Below are positions 10,681 through 23,500 of a stretch of 64,000 nucleotides of DNA, in pieces. Below the pieces are notes generated by a model. That model saw only the letters and a list, made by a program, of their open reading frames with translations, was not told the DNA's origin and ran no database searches. The stretch lies in assembly GCF_001194135.2 (NCBI RefSeq), contig NC_068998.1, forward strand, positions 55,419,003 through 55,483,002, written 5' to 3'. The DNA is from Octopus bimaculoides (Eukaryota). Every line of letters starts with the position of its first letter. Positions within the stretch are counted from its first letter, which is position 1. The position numbers and the translations under genes were made by a program.

Positions 10681-13600
10681 TGCCATGTAAATTAGCATAC
10701 TTCATAATAATTTCTTTTATTTGTCAAAGGTTTAATGGTTTTTAATATCAGAAATATCATAGGGGACATTACAAAGACAAGTTACGTGTAAAGTATGTGT
10801 GTGTGTGTGTGTGTGGGGGGGGTTATGTAGAAACTGAATTACAAAAACACTGAATGAAATAAAAACTATATATGGTATACTCTAGTATACCCTATCTAGT
10901 TTTAAAGATAATATCATCCTCTTGATACAGGACATCCATCTCGGGCCAATCAAAGAACCCCATAAATCTAGAATTACTCTGACCATCAAGAGTAAGTGCT
11001 CTCTTCCAACTATATAGTTCTCTGGCCTAAAGGGACGAGCTGAGGGTAGCAGACCCATTCACACTTCCCTTTTTCACCACTGCCATCCTCCTCTCAGTCT
11101 CATCTTCCTTTCCAAGTGGAGCTTGAAAAAGTCGATAAATGCTTGGCTGAAGAGGAAACTTATTACTCTTCAGTCCTTTTGACCTTATCCATCACACAAC
11201 TCTTTTGCGATAGTCCCCAGACACAGGAAAACTGCTTTCTCATCCTAAGTTAAAAGAATGCAGCAAGCTCCTCTTCACTTGGCTAACAGCCACCACATCT
11301 GTTTTATGACAGCACCCATTCAACACTTGTGTTCAGTTGTATTTATAAAATAGAGGTTTTAATTTCAAATAAGTTGACATTAGATATGAATTCAGTAAAG
11401 ATTAATAGTTTGCATTCATCTTGACTCATGATGGCTTTTAAAAGGTAAGCAAGCCTACTGAGTGTACAGTCAAGTGAAAAATGATCTATGATTTGAGATA
11501 ATTTCTATAATATCTAAGCTGAATCTATCAAAAGGCATAAAGGGACCAACAGATAAAAATATTAAACTAAGGTATTTTGTTTCACTAAAACTAATCACAG
11601 GAATGATATTCAAGCAGATGACATTTCAAGTATATTATTGCCAAAGATAGATATTAAAAGATTTCTTAGATTGTATTCTTCAAAACTCATGTTTTGTGAA
11701 TATCTAAGTTTAAGACATTACATATCAAAACTAAAGACGGGGAAAATCTGGTATATTTTTAATTCCATGTTACAAGTACTTCATTCTAGGATAGGAGTTA
11801 CAAAGGTATACATGTAGAAAAAATGTATAGAATTTCCTATCTGTAGTTCTTGAGATGAAGGAACATGAAATATTTTTCCAGTTTTCTGTTTTGATATGTA
11901 ATTACTTTGCAAATAGAATTATTTGCTAGACATTTCAGTTGCTACATATTTTTCCAAAATAGAACAACATATACATTATTCTTGTTAAGGAATAATAAAT
12001 CTATACTCTACAAAAGTATGGAGTAACCCTTTACATTAATTTACTCTTTATTATAATTGAACATAAAAGCAAACACACACACACACATATATATACACAT
12101 GCATGCACATGTACACAGTGCTTCCTTCAATTTCCATCTATCAAATCCACTCATGAGGTTTAGGTCAGCCCATGGCTATTGTAGAAGACATTCGCCTGCA
12201 ATGCCACGCAATGGGATTGAGCCTGCAACAATTTGATCAAGAAGTAAACTTCTCACCACACAGCCATGCTTGCACCTCTGCACAGTGCTTATATATACAC
12301 ACTAGATTGAAGACATTATATGTTTTTGTATTGCACTTACAAAACATGGCACATCAGTCTGTTTGCCTGTAAGCCTTGGCCGGAAATAGGTGCCACACCC
12401 ACTTCACAGTTCAGTAGGAGGAAAAGCATTCATGTTAAAAATAATTATCTTAAAAAATTCTTGATTTACACTAGCATAAAGCATATAACAGTAAGAGAAA
12501 AAAAGATTCAATATAAATCAACCATTTTAATGACTTCCTTCCCTATGGCAGTATTGCTTTGCATTTGTAACAAGATACTATTGCAAGTACTCTACAAGTA
12601 GACCATTGCTTATTTTATCTACTCAAGTAATGTTATTTATTTTTAGCAGTGGTGGTAATTGGAGATGGTAGAGTAACATCCCTTGCTAAGCACTTGTACT
12701 ATTAGTGATTGGGATTGTATTTATTATTTTTCAAGTTAGCCACATTAACTACTCACTAAATAACAAATTGTTTTGACTATATAAATTCTATTGACTATGG
12801 GCAGAAGCACTGCAAATTTGATCCTACTGCACAGTACCTCAAGTATTTGTCTCCAACTGTAGTCTTGGGTTGACTAATTCCTTCTGAGTGGAAGTTGCTA
12901 GATAGAAACTGTGTGGAAGCCTATTGCATAAATGTGTGTATGTACTCTTTATGTTAAAATCATATCTGACAAAATAAACACCAGACTGAAGTAAGTACTA
13001 GAGTTGATATGACCAAATAATAAAAATAAAAAAAAAAAGATCTTTGAGGGCAAGTACTCCAGCATGGCCTCAGTCAAATTATGAAAATCAGTAAAAGAAA
13101 TATAAAAGACTATAAAACAAATGGATTTCACTAATTAAATGTCAAGATGGTAACAACAAGATTGTAAATAAAAAAAATAAAAAAAATAATCATAAGAACA
13201 AAATATTAGAAACACTAACAACATTTGTTGCACCAATGACTTATTTACTCAAACAAATAACTGGAACTCCATGACTGTTCTACAAACAGATGGCAAGAAT
13301 ATATGAAGGTGACAAACAAAAATATTCTATTGAAATAAAATGCATAAAGATTAAAGTATAAGCATAATATCAAAGTGATCTATATTAATAAGAATAGCTA
13401 TTAAAAAAACCTTTTAGAAAATATTTCTTCACTAAAATGTTAATATTTAATTATATTCAACCTTTAAAGATCACAATGTTTCACATTATGATCAACTGAT
13501 AACTTTTAAAGAACAACAAATATATTGAGAGGAACAACATTAACACGTACTTTATTTGAAGATCATATATACTTAATGAAATACTGTTTATTCTGTGGCA

Positions 13601-15976
13601 CTGACATATACCAGTATAAAATAGAATGAAAGACCCCGTTAAAATCTTAACACGTTATATAAATAAGAGAACATTTTTTTATTATTAACTTCAGTTTTCA
13701 ATTAAATATAAAAAAACAAAGAAAAATATTAATTTATACTTTTTTTCAAAGAATATTGAAATTTGCCTTGTTGAAAAAAGTTTATAAAGTTGGTCTGTAA
13801 GTGAGCATGAGTTAATCTAATGTTTCTCAAAACGGAATGCTTTCAATTCACAAACAGGGTTGTAAAAATTGATCAGAGCTGGAGAAATAACCATGTTTAA
13901 TAATTGTAAGATGGTTTAAAAGTCTTTAAACTTGTTCAACATCATGATGAAATGAGAAGAATTAAACGATAAAAACTCTATGCTGTTGGCTCATTAATAA
14001 AAAATGGAAAGGGAATAAAAATTTCAGTAAAGTTTGTTTTGAGGGGGCAAGGAAAGAGTCTGGTATTTGTCAGTTTTGAGGGCTGTTAAGTTGGTTTATG
14101 AACACAGAAGAGCAGATGTTTATCAAAATACAAGCTTACTCGTATGGATATCAGGGAATGTTATAGTATGAAGTAAATAGCAGAATAATAAAATCAATAT
14201 GTTTAAAGTTAGATGTCTGGATTTTTGTTTAAGTATCATACTATTTAGCGACTGCATTACGTTTCACAGAAACTTAAAATCAATATCAATCAATGAAAAC
14301 TAATGTCATTTAACTCAATTCATGGAAATATATGAAACCTAGTTAAATAAAAATAAAATCTTTTAATATAAACAAAAAGGTACAGTTTATGTGCAAAGGC
14401 ATTGTAGTGTGTGTGTGTGTGTGTGTGTATAAATTTGTAAGGAGGAAATAATAATCAATTATCTATACTATTTAATGTGAGTTTCTCTAACTATTCCTTA
14501 ATAAATTAGGTTTCATTACATTATAGTGCATATCGATAAGAATGTAGAAATTTACAGCTATCTGTTGAATTTGAAGCAGATATGTAAAAACTAAATGAGT
14601 TATATGTAATAAAAATTTCAGTTGGCTAAGTTGGTAGTTTGGGGGAATATAACTAGATATCAGATGAGATTTGTGTCGATATTTTGACACTGGTACAGTG
14701 TTATATCCATGATGACAAACTTTCATTAGTCTAGTTCACTTAGCCATAAATAGATACAACAGGTGAGTAGAGCTCACTACTAGAGTACACACTGAAGCAC
14801 TCAAACTCTAATGTCTTGTTAGTTTGCAAATGCTCAGTTCAATTACTCCTGTCACTATATCGCTGCAGAGAGAAGCTTTACAAAGCTGACTTTCCTTACA
14901 AGTTTTTTTTATGACTATTAAAACAAAAACTCCCACAGCTGTTACTGATTTTGTGAGTTCTATCCAAAGTCACAGTTGCCATGGATTAGTTATTTTATTA
15001 TTCCGATATAAATGTAGCATTATAATAGCATTCTCATTCAACACTGGTTGAAGTGACATTAATAGCAATATACAGGGTGGAGTCTGGTAAATGTTTAGAA
15101 AGTAGGCACAGCATTGTAATGTATTTATAAGTATATAATTCAAAATGAGATAGATTTATTGGCAAGTGGAAAATCTATGATGGTTGTGGCTTTCTTTTCT
15201 ATTTTCGTATCTCCAGTCTAGAAAGAAATTTATTTACAGGTAAAAATCAACCAGGTAAAAATTAATGTGATGCAAATGTGTAAAGAATAAGCTGAAATAA
15301 CTTTTATTAGATATAATAAAACTTAGTCATACACACAACTGCAATAGCAGAAATAATCTTCCCTCATAGATTAGATCTGTTCAGTGCATTCCAAATATGT
15401 TAACTGAAACCATTAATTGACTGTATAAACACTGATAGTACAACTTTTAAATTAGTTGGATTAAAGTGTTATCTTTAAAAGAATCAACATTTCAGTAGTT
15501 ATGCTGGACCGGTCAGTATTGTAATTTCTACTTTGTAACACATTCTCAGCTTAATTGGGTTAGTGTCTTAATTATCCCTTTATAGTTATATAAAGATTAC
15601 TATATAGAAATAGATATTGAGTTCTTAATCCATTTCCCCTTTGTTTAACAAATACAAACAATGCAGCAGCATTCTTAAAAAGAAATTTAAGAAGAATATG
15701 AAAATTACTATAGACATTTTTGAAGAGATCTAAAGTCCCATCAGAAGATAAGAACAAGTAAGTAGTAAACGCAGGTAATTTGAAACTTGTTCTGCATAGA
15801 GAAAGTGAATTCCTTCCACAGATTTATTTATAAAACGAGTAATAATAAATAAAAACATTTAAAAAAACTAAATTACGAAAAATCTAAATCACAAAATAAA
15901 AATGTATCTCATATACAGAAAGTTGAGGTATAGTTAGTGAAGAATATTATAAGTAATAAGAGAGATTCCAACATAC

Positions 15977-16540
15977 CATGGTTACAGATTCCTATCCCCT
16001 TTTCAGTAATGCAAGGTGCTATCACTTGATACAATTCAAAAGGAGTTATTTTTAGATGTATGGTGCTGACAATATGGAACTCCAGTGCCAAGCTTATTCC
16101 AAACTGTATTTACTGAGTTGAGGAGGTTAAATATTCAGAAACTGGCTATCCAAAACTGTAGTGTTAAAAAGTAGGCTGAGAAATGTTGAAAAGATAGTTC
16201 TGTGAGTTATTTCAGATAATTAGTGAAAGCAATTTAAATGTGTGATATTCTAGCTTGTTATTCGTTTGGTCTTTAACAGTTATTAGAGTAGAACTACTTC
16301 ATAAAGCAGACCAAAAAAAAAGCTGGACCAACTTTTCACTGAAAATATCACTAATAATGACACAACAGTCTGGATAGCCAGCTTCTGAATTTGGCTGGAG
16401 TTGACTTTGCAGTTGAGGAAGAATGGCTTCCAAACTTTCAACATATAACGAAAAAGAGGGAGAAGGGAAAGGTAAGAAGTAGGAGGAGAAGAGATAAAGA
16501 ACAGGTGAAGTGAAACACTGAGGTAGTCAGTCACTCACTG
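15977..16540 (-). other. TMOD: Candidate alternative first exon of Tmod ending in the start codon (…gtaaccATG|gtatgt)
   Basis: ATG at 15979-15977 directly before a strong GTATGT donor, with an in-frame TAG just upstream. Phase 0 joins in frame to the 10061 acceptor (M-VAATKAADM). TATTTATA and TCAGT-like elements lie near 16590/16520. The 5' boundary is a guess. Confidence 0.5.
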
Positions 16541-17515
16541 CAACTACGTATTTCTTCACAGGCAATGCATGATAAGAGCAGAAGATATAAATAGATACAG
16601 TACTGAAATCTATTTCAGTAGGAGAGCTGTTTACTGAGCATCTCTACAAATATTGAAATATAAAGTAGAGATGAAACTGTATCCCAACAAAGATATACAT
16701 TCGGAAATATAATCTAGCAATAACTTTGCTCTATTTTCCATTCATTACTTTATATTCCCAATTCTATACTTCACCCCCACCCAACACATACATAATTCAA
16801 TTAAATTTAATTGAAAGGAAAAGAATTTACTGTTAACAGTTATAAAGGAATTTTAATTAAAAACAAAAAGTCAATAAGTCTCTGTGCTTGTTTTATAAAA
16901 GACTCGCTTGTATATAAAACTAATTTGCATTACTTAAAATTAACCATGATGTAGAGGCAAGAAGAAATACATTGCTGGCAACCCCTCTTTTGATAAACTT
17001 ATGAATGAATAAAAATATTCATAGTTCAGTGCCATTGCTTAAAGTCAAAGATGAAAAGACTAACAGTAGAATCATGAAGACATGAAATTCAAGTTCCACT
17101 TATATCATCAAAGAATTGGTCTGATTTCATTGACTCTAGTGGTCACAAAATAAAAACCAATGAACAATAAATATTTGGAAACATAAATCCTTAGAGATCA
17201 ACTTAGAATGTAGGGCAATGAGTAGCAGATATGATAAACTGACAGATTAAATGCCTGGTGGTATTTAGTTGCATCCTAACTTAAAACCCGATGAGAAATT
17301 ACTTCATTTTTCAACCCTCGAGAATTAATATAATAATTATCAATCAAATACTGGGGCTTCATCAAACCAGTTATATTTCATACCAAAATTTATGGCTTTG
17401 TGCCAGTGTTAGAAATCTATATTTTGGAGTGAAGTAAATGGGAAACCATGAAACTATACCATTTGTTGGAAAATGGTATTAAGCTAAGTGTGTGATGAAG
17501 AAATTACATAAAAAG

Positions 17516-17551
<36 letters not shown>

Positions 17552-18867
17552 ACAATCACACTCTCACTTTAATAACAGAATTTCAAACACTATCTTCTGA
17601 TTAATATTTCTAGCAGAAAGACCGCCCTCCAGGCAGTTTTCTGTGAACTCCTTGGTAATATTTTCATGTTTGATTCCCAATTCTAATAATTTTTATATTT
17701 TACGTCTAATTATTTCTTTGTATATTAGTGCTCACTTGCTTAGTAAGTATTGCTTTCATTATTTTATCACAGTCATAATCTCTCTTTTTTAAACAAACAT
17801 CACGGTAGTCCAACAACAGAGGGAGAAGCAGTTTGTCAAGTTTTACCTTCCCCTCAAAGCAACATAGAAATTTCAANNNNNNNNNNNNNNNNNNNNNNNN
17901 NNNNNNNNNNNNNNNNNNNNNNNNNNNNNNNNNNNNNNNNNNNNNNNNNNNNNNNNNNNNNNNNNNNNNNNNNNNNNNNNNNNNNNNNNNNNNNNNNNNN
18001 NNNNNNNNNNNNNNNNNNNNNNNNNNNNNNNNNNNNNNNNNNNNNNNNNNNNNNNNNNNNNNNNNNNNNNNNNNNNNNNNNNNNNNNNNNNNNNNNNNNN
18101 NNNNNNNNNNNNNNNNNNNNNNNNNNNNNNNNNNNNNNNNATGATCTGACTTTTCCCCCCCTCATAACTTTCAGGAAGATCGGTATCTTTTGATGAAAAG
18201 TGAAACAAATCCCTTTCAAATGGCATAGACTATGAGTATAAACAAATTTGAAGGGAAAATTTTTTCAGGGATTTTCCTCATTTTTTTTTTTAAACCACAT
18301 TCTTTGAAATGACTGCATCTTTGTCTGAAAAAAGTTTTGTAAAACTGTTTTTTTTTTTTACATCTCATTCTGGACCTATTTTGGCCAATGGTTTTTTGCA
18401 CTTCAAAACTATGGGAAGGGCATTTTTGGTAAAAAAATTTTTTTAAATTGTTAATATTTTCAGAGGGAAAAGTGATTTAAGGGCAATTTGGCTGTTGTTT
18501 CTAGCATATCCAAAGACAACCCTCCTTGTTGCTTTACCATTTTCGCATGTATTGATGTTTTTCAATACGCTTTCCCCATAAATACATTTATATGCTATAA
18601 AAAAGAAAATTTGAGAAATTATGACTTTTTTGCAACCCCACTCCCCTGCCCCCAATTGTTTCTGTTTAGAAATTAAAATATTGGAGAGCCTGAGAAGGTC
18701 ATTGCTGCCATTTATCCACAGTGATTTAAAAAAATTACGGAGATGTACTTGCATAGCAAGTGACTTGATTGGAGATTGTGTGCTGAAACAAGAACAATTG
18801 TAACATAGGTGTTTGTAAGCCATTCAAGAACACACAGAAACCATTAGTTTCATGGCATTACTTAAAT

Positions 18868-19270
18868 ACAGAGGTCCCGATGCATCTACATAATAATATG
18901 AAGGGGAGGGTTAATTTTAGGGTTAGTTTTTAGGGTTAAGGTTAGGGTGTTGTACATTTAGAATGTTTTGTACATAAAACCTGTATTTAAGTATTACCAG
19001 TTTCACTTCAACATTAAAATTTCATTTGTGTCAAAATATTTTCTTCGCTTTGAAACCGCAACCTGTTCACTGACAAAACCTCACTAAAGTGCTGCAGCAC
19101 AAAGTTTTGTCAGTGAACAGCAAATCCACACATGCATTCATTGCCTTTCATCTGTGTGCATGTGTATCTATGTGTGTGTGTGAGTGTGTCACTGTTGAAG
19201 TCACTTGTGCAACTTGTCGTCTGTGTATATATTGGCTTAGTGGTACAGCGAATAAGGTGCAAGTTTTGAG
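18868..19270. mobile_element. Probable non-autonomous repeat with TTAGGG-like tract and 17-bp inverted repeat
   Basis: Imperfect (TTAGGG)n at about 18910-18947; perfect inverted arms at 19063-19079 and 19104-19120. Element ends are uncertain. Confidence 0.4.
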
Positions 19271-22200
19271 TACTTGTCTGTGACTTTTTTTTCTCCTCGT
19301 CTTCTAATAGTAATTGCCCAACTTTCAAAACTCTTCTCACAGATATCCTGCATCCAAAAATTATAAGGGTATTTAAAAAATTTTCATTCAATAAATAATA
19401 AATTACATATACATTAATAGAATAATAAATAAAAGTTTAGTGATATCATTTGATCTGATTTTTTTGAAATGATGAAAGAGAATTTCAGAATAGACTCTTT
19501 TCCATATTTCATTCATGAGCCAGAATTCTAGCCATGTGATTATTTCATATTCAACTAAGAGTTAATATACTAATCTTCCCTAGTCACTTAATACACAATA
19601 TATACAACTTATCATTAATGTCCTTGAAAAAGGACACACTATCTTTGAATTTCTATAGATTTACAGCAGAAAAGAGGACTACTGGTTAACAAGGATGAAA
19701 ACAAAATAGCTTTACACATGGTTTTGTAAGTATTTACAGAGAAGCAAAGCAATGGTAATGAGGTGCGTTGAGAGATACAAACACTTTATGTAGAAACTAA
19801 ATATAACGTATGTATTATGTGGGGCAACATCTATTTTAGTACTTAGAGAAAAAAAACAACCGAGTTCCTGAGGAGTGAACCTAAGATTAATGAGTTTCTA
19901 TGAGAAAAGGTTCTCTAAGCAAATAGAATATTACTTAAATTTTCTTCAATAGAGCGAAGAGGGTAGGTCCTAATAAGAAATACCAATGGCAGTTAATATG
20001 TACTTTTCCAAATGTAAGAATAAAGCATAAGTGATCAAAGTTGCAATTTTCATAAGGTCAGAAACCAGGAGTCGAAATGATTTTGGCTCTAAAATGAAAG
20101 AAGATCTCTTCCAATAAGCTTAGCAATGTTGAGCATGTGTCTGATAGAAAGCTGTAACAGGGAAGAGGAGAGAGAGAGAGAAGAAATTCTATCTGAAGAT
20201 TACCATTGCCTGATGGTTGTATGTAATAACATATAGCAATATATTATATCAGAAAATAATAATTTCTTACAGATTTTATACAAAAGGTGGAAAGAAGTTG
20301 TGATGCTCAGTTTTCTTAAAAACATTGCTAACATAAATAAAGGGTTAAAACAATCCACTGGGAACTTACCACATCATAGTGACCATCCCATTATGAAGAA
20401 TTTAAAACATTCCTTACTAAGGAAGATGTTTAAATGAAAACAAATACAAAAGAAAATTTTTTAAAATTAGATTTTGCATTTTGAAATCACTTAAACTAGC
20501 AGCCTGGCTACTTTTTAAAATCATAATAAATTTCCGTCTACTTGTTTGTAAAAATATTTGAAGTTTACTTAATGAAAAATATATAATCTCTTTTTTAGGT
20601 TTAAGGTATTACCAAAGTGATAATCCTTGTTTAAAATTACTGGCATTCTCAACCTCACAGACAGCTTATCACCAGAATTGATTCAATAGAATAAGTGACA
20701 CATCCTCCATCTACAACAGTACCTATTTACTTAAAAACCTCCTTAAAAAACACTTAGTGGTCAGTGCCTAGATTCAGCTGGACATCAAAGCAATTGCCTA
20801 TCTCTATGCCACTCTTAGCATTCACAGCAAATATAAAGGATTATTAGAATTACTGTAAAGACCCATGTAAATTGTGGACCTGTGTAATTTACACAGGTGA
20901 TTTTCAAGATAAAAATTGTTAAAAAAAAGCGGGGGAAAAAGGTTTTCAATTTAGTTGTATTTAGCATATTTTCACTTATTTATGATTAGATCTTATTAAA
21001 TTTTCATTAAATAAAAGTAATTTCTGTTTAACAGGTATCACATTAAAAGCTTTAAAAATAAAATCGGTTTTGTGGGACAGTTCATGTGTCAGTTCATTTT
21101 ACTTGCTCAGTATACCTTCCTTCTCCTCCCTTATGAGACGGACAATGGCGGTCTGCTTTAGCCACTCGTTATACCCTCCTCCTCCCTTAATATTAGCGTT
21201 CCAATAATTAAAAATAGATAAATGAAAAATTTGATGCTGATTGTGTGTGTTTGCATGCACATAAGTGTATCAGACTGTGTTTAAGTGTTTGTGTGTATGC
21301 GTGTAACCTGACCATCAACTGCCATTAATCTTACTCCATTTATGCCGAACCTGAACCTCGAATGTAGAGCACTTCTTTCCTCTTTAAAACATTCAAAAGA
21401 ATACACATTCCTTAATACTGCTGACTCCACACAACTTTTCATTATTCTTTACTCTTTATTCCCTTCTAAATGATAGCATATTCCACAATAAGTACTGTTT
21501 CAAACGAGATATAATAATCTAGCCATCCACCTTTAACATTTCCACTTAAATAACAACAAACTATAGTCAGAACTCTAACATTATTCTATTTAATTATTTC
21601 AACTATTTACTCAATGTCTACAAGTGCTGTGAGAGTGTCCGGCAGGCATCAAAAACTGATTATAATAGCAGCTTCAGTAGGGAAGGGCTCAGGAATTTTA
21701 ACATCTTACTTTCCATATAAGTAGAAAGAGGAATAAATTTGGGAGCTAAATACATAGAATTCTTCAGTAACTATGTTTGGCAAATATTTTCATCATCAAT
21801 ATTTAACATCTGTTTTGCATATTATACAAAAGGCAGTGTTTGTTCCTTTTGTTTTTTCTATATTTTGAAAATTTCTTTCATAAATAAACATATCCCAAAG
21901 TTTGGATTTTACTTTTACTTTAAAATAAACAAACACTTTATATTCTAAAAACAACCTGAACTATTTAATTTGAAATATCTACACAACATATTTAGATGAT
22001 AAATGTCCTTTTCCATTGTGACTTATTGCTGCTATTCACGAAATGAGTTTTACAAAGTTTTAAGTATATTCAGGGCCAAAAATTAAACTTTCAATCAAAA
22101 TTGATAGCTTCTCAAAATTTCTTGGTTCTTATGAAAGTCAGATGAAAGTTAAAATGCTTTTTTTTTTTTTCAAAAAGAGGCACTTGGATCTATTAGGAAT

Positions 22201-22389
22201 TCTTTATAAAGTTCTGTCTTTTTATGCATATATACTTTTCTTTTTTAACGTGTGTGTGTGCATGTGCATGCATGTGTTTGTATCATCATTTTATGCCTTC
22301 TTTGTGTGCTGGTATGGGTTGGACAGGTCATCACAACCTAAGTTAGTTGTTATCCAGAATTAATATCTTCATAGATATAGAAATTCAAG

Positions 22390-23500
22390 ACCAGCAGCCA
22401 TTGAGAACTATTATATGTTGATGATTTTGCTGTCATAATAGATTCCATTTCAGAGCTAGAAGGGAAATTCTAGATATGGAAGCAAAACTTGGAATCTAAG
22501 GGCCTTCAGGTTAACTTAGCAAAGACTAAGGTCCTAGAAAAAAAAAAAAACAGACAGGATTCTACCCTACTCAGGTAGATGGCCCTGTTTGATTTGTAAA
22601 AAAAGTGTGGGCAGGAACTCCATACAGTGTACCCAGTGTAAGCTATGGACACACAAGAGGAGCAGTGGATTAATAGGAAGGTTAACAGAGAAGGTAGTGT
22701 TTGTATGTGGAAGATGCATAGAATCAGACCCAGGAAATTGATTCTCTCAAATGCCCTGGTGGCTCATTAGAGGCAGTAAATAATTTCTGCTACCTAAGGG
22801 AGCGAATTAGTAGTGCAGGAGTATGCGTACAGTGTGGTAGCTAGAATAAGAATAGGATGGAGGAAATTCAGAGAGCTGTTACCTCTATTGGTTATGAAAG
22901 GTTTCTCCTTTGAAGTGAAAAGAAGATTGTATGGTGCATGTATACAGACAACGATTCTACATGACAGTGAAACATGGGCCCTGAATGCAGAGAGAGAAGT
23001 TAGGCAGAAGAGGAATTAGTTGCTGTGTACTGGTTTGGTCATGAGATGCAGCTGGATGCCGACAGCTCCATAAAGAAATGCCAATCTTTCAAAGTGGATG
23101 AACCATGTAGAAGTGGGAGACCCAGGAAGACAAGTACTGAAGAACAGCCTCAGGATGTTGAACTTTTCAGGCAAGATGACAAAGGACCAAGATGCCTGGC
23201 AGTACTCAGGACAACCCAGACTCTGCAGTAGAAGTTTTCAGACCAGTACCCTTGGTGGTTAGGATTGACCTGCAAGAGTCCAGTGCCAATGCCATGTACA
23301 AGTGCCCTTGCAGTGCCATGTAAAAGCACCCATGCAATACTACATAAAAATGCTGTGCCACATAAAAGTACCCAGCACACTCTGTAGAGTGGTTGGTGTT
23401 AAAGCAAACCATGTCAAATCAGACTGGAGCCTGGTGAGCTCTGGTCAAACCGTCCAACCCATGCCATCATGGACAATGGACGTTAAATGATGTTGATGAG
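22390..23500 (+). mobile_element. Degenerate RTE-X-like LINE (RT YxDD region, Cys-rich zinc-finger insert, 3' UTR)
   Basis: Reads ELLYVDDFAV…LESKGLQVNLAKTKV…WPCLICKKSVGRNSIQCTQCKLWTHKR…FVCGRC; ORFs 22813 and 23025; tail ggacgttaaatgatgttgatg. Confidence 0.85.

Noticed and set aside
14755-16480. Several strong plus-strand donors (14761, 15775, 16471) hinting at an antisense transcript
   Set aside because: No matching acceptor or exon structure could be assembled; isolated donors are expected by chance.
17750-18226. Long ORFs running through N gaps (also about 31.1, 43.1, 50.8, 56.1, 61.6 and 63.5 kb) and IY/HT-repeat ORFs
   Set aside because: Artefacts of Ns or dinucleotide microsatellites.
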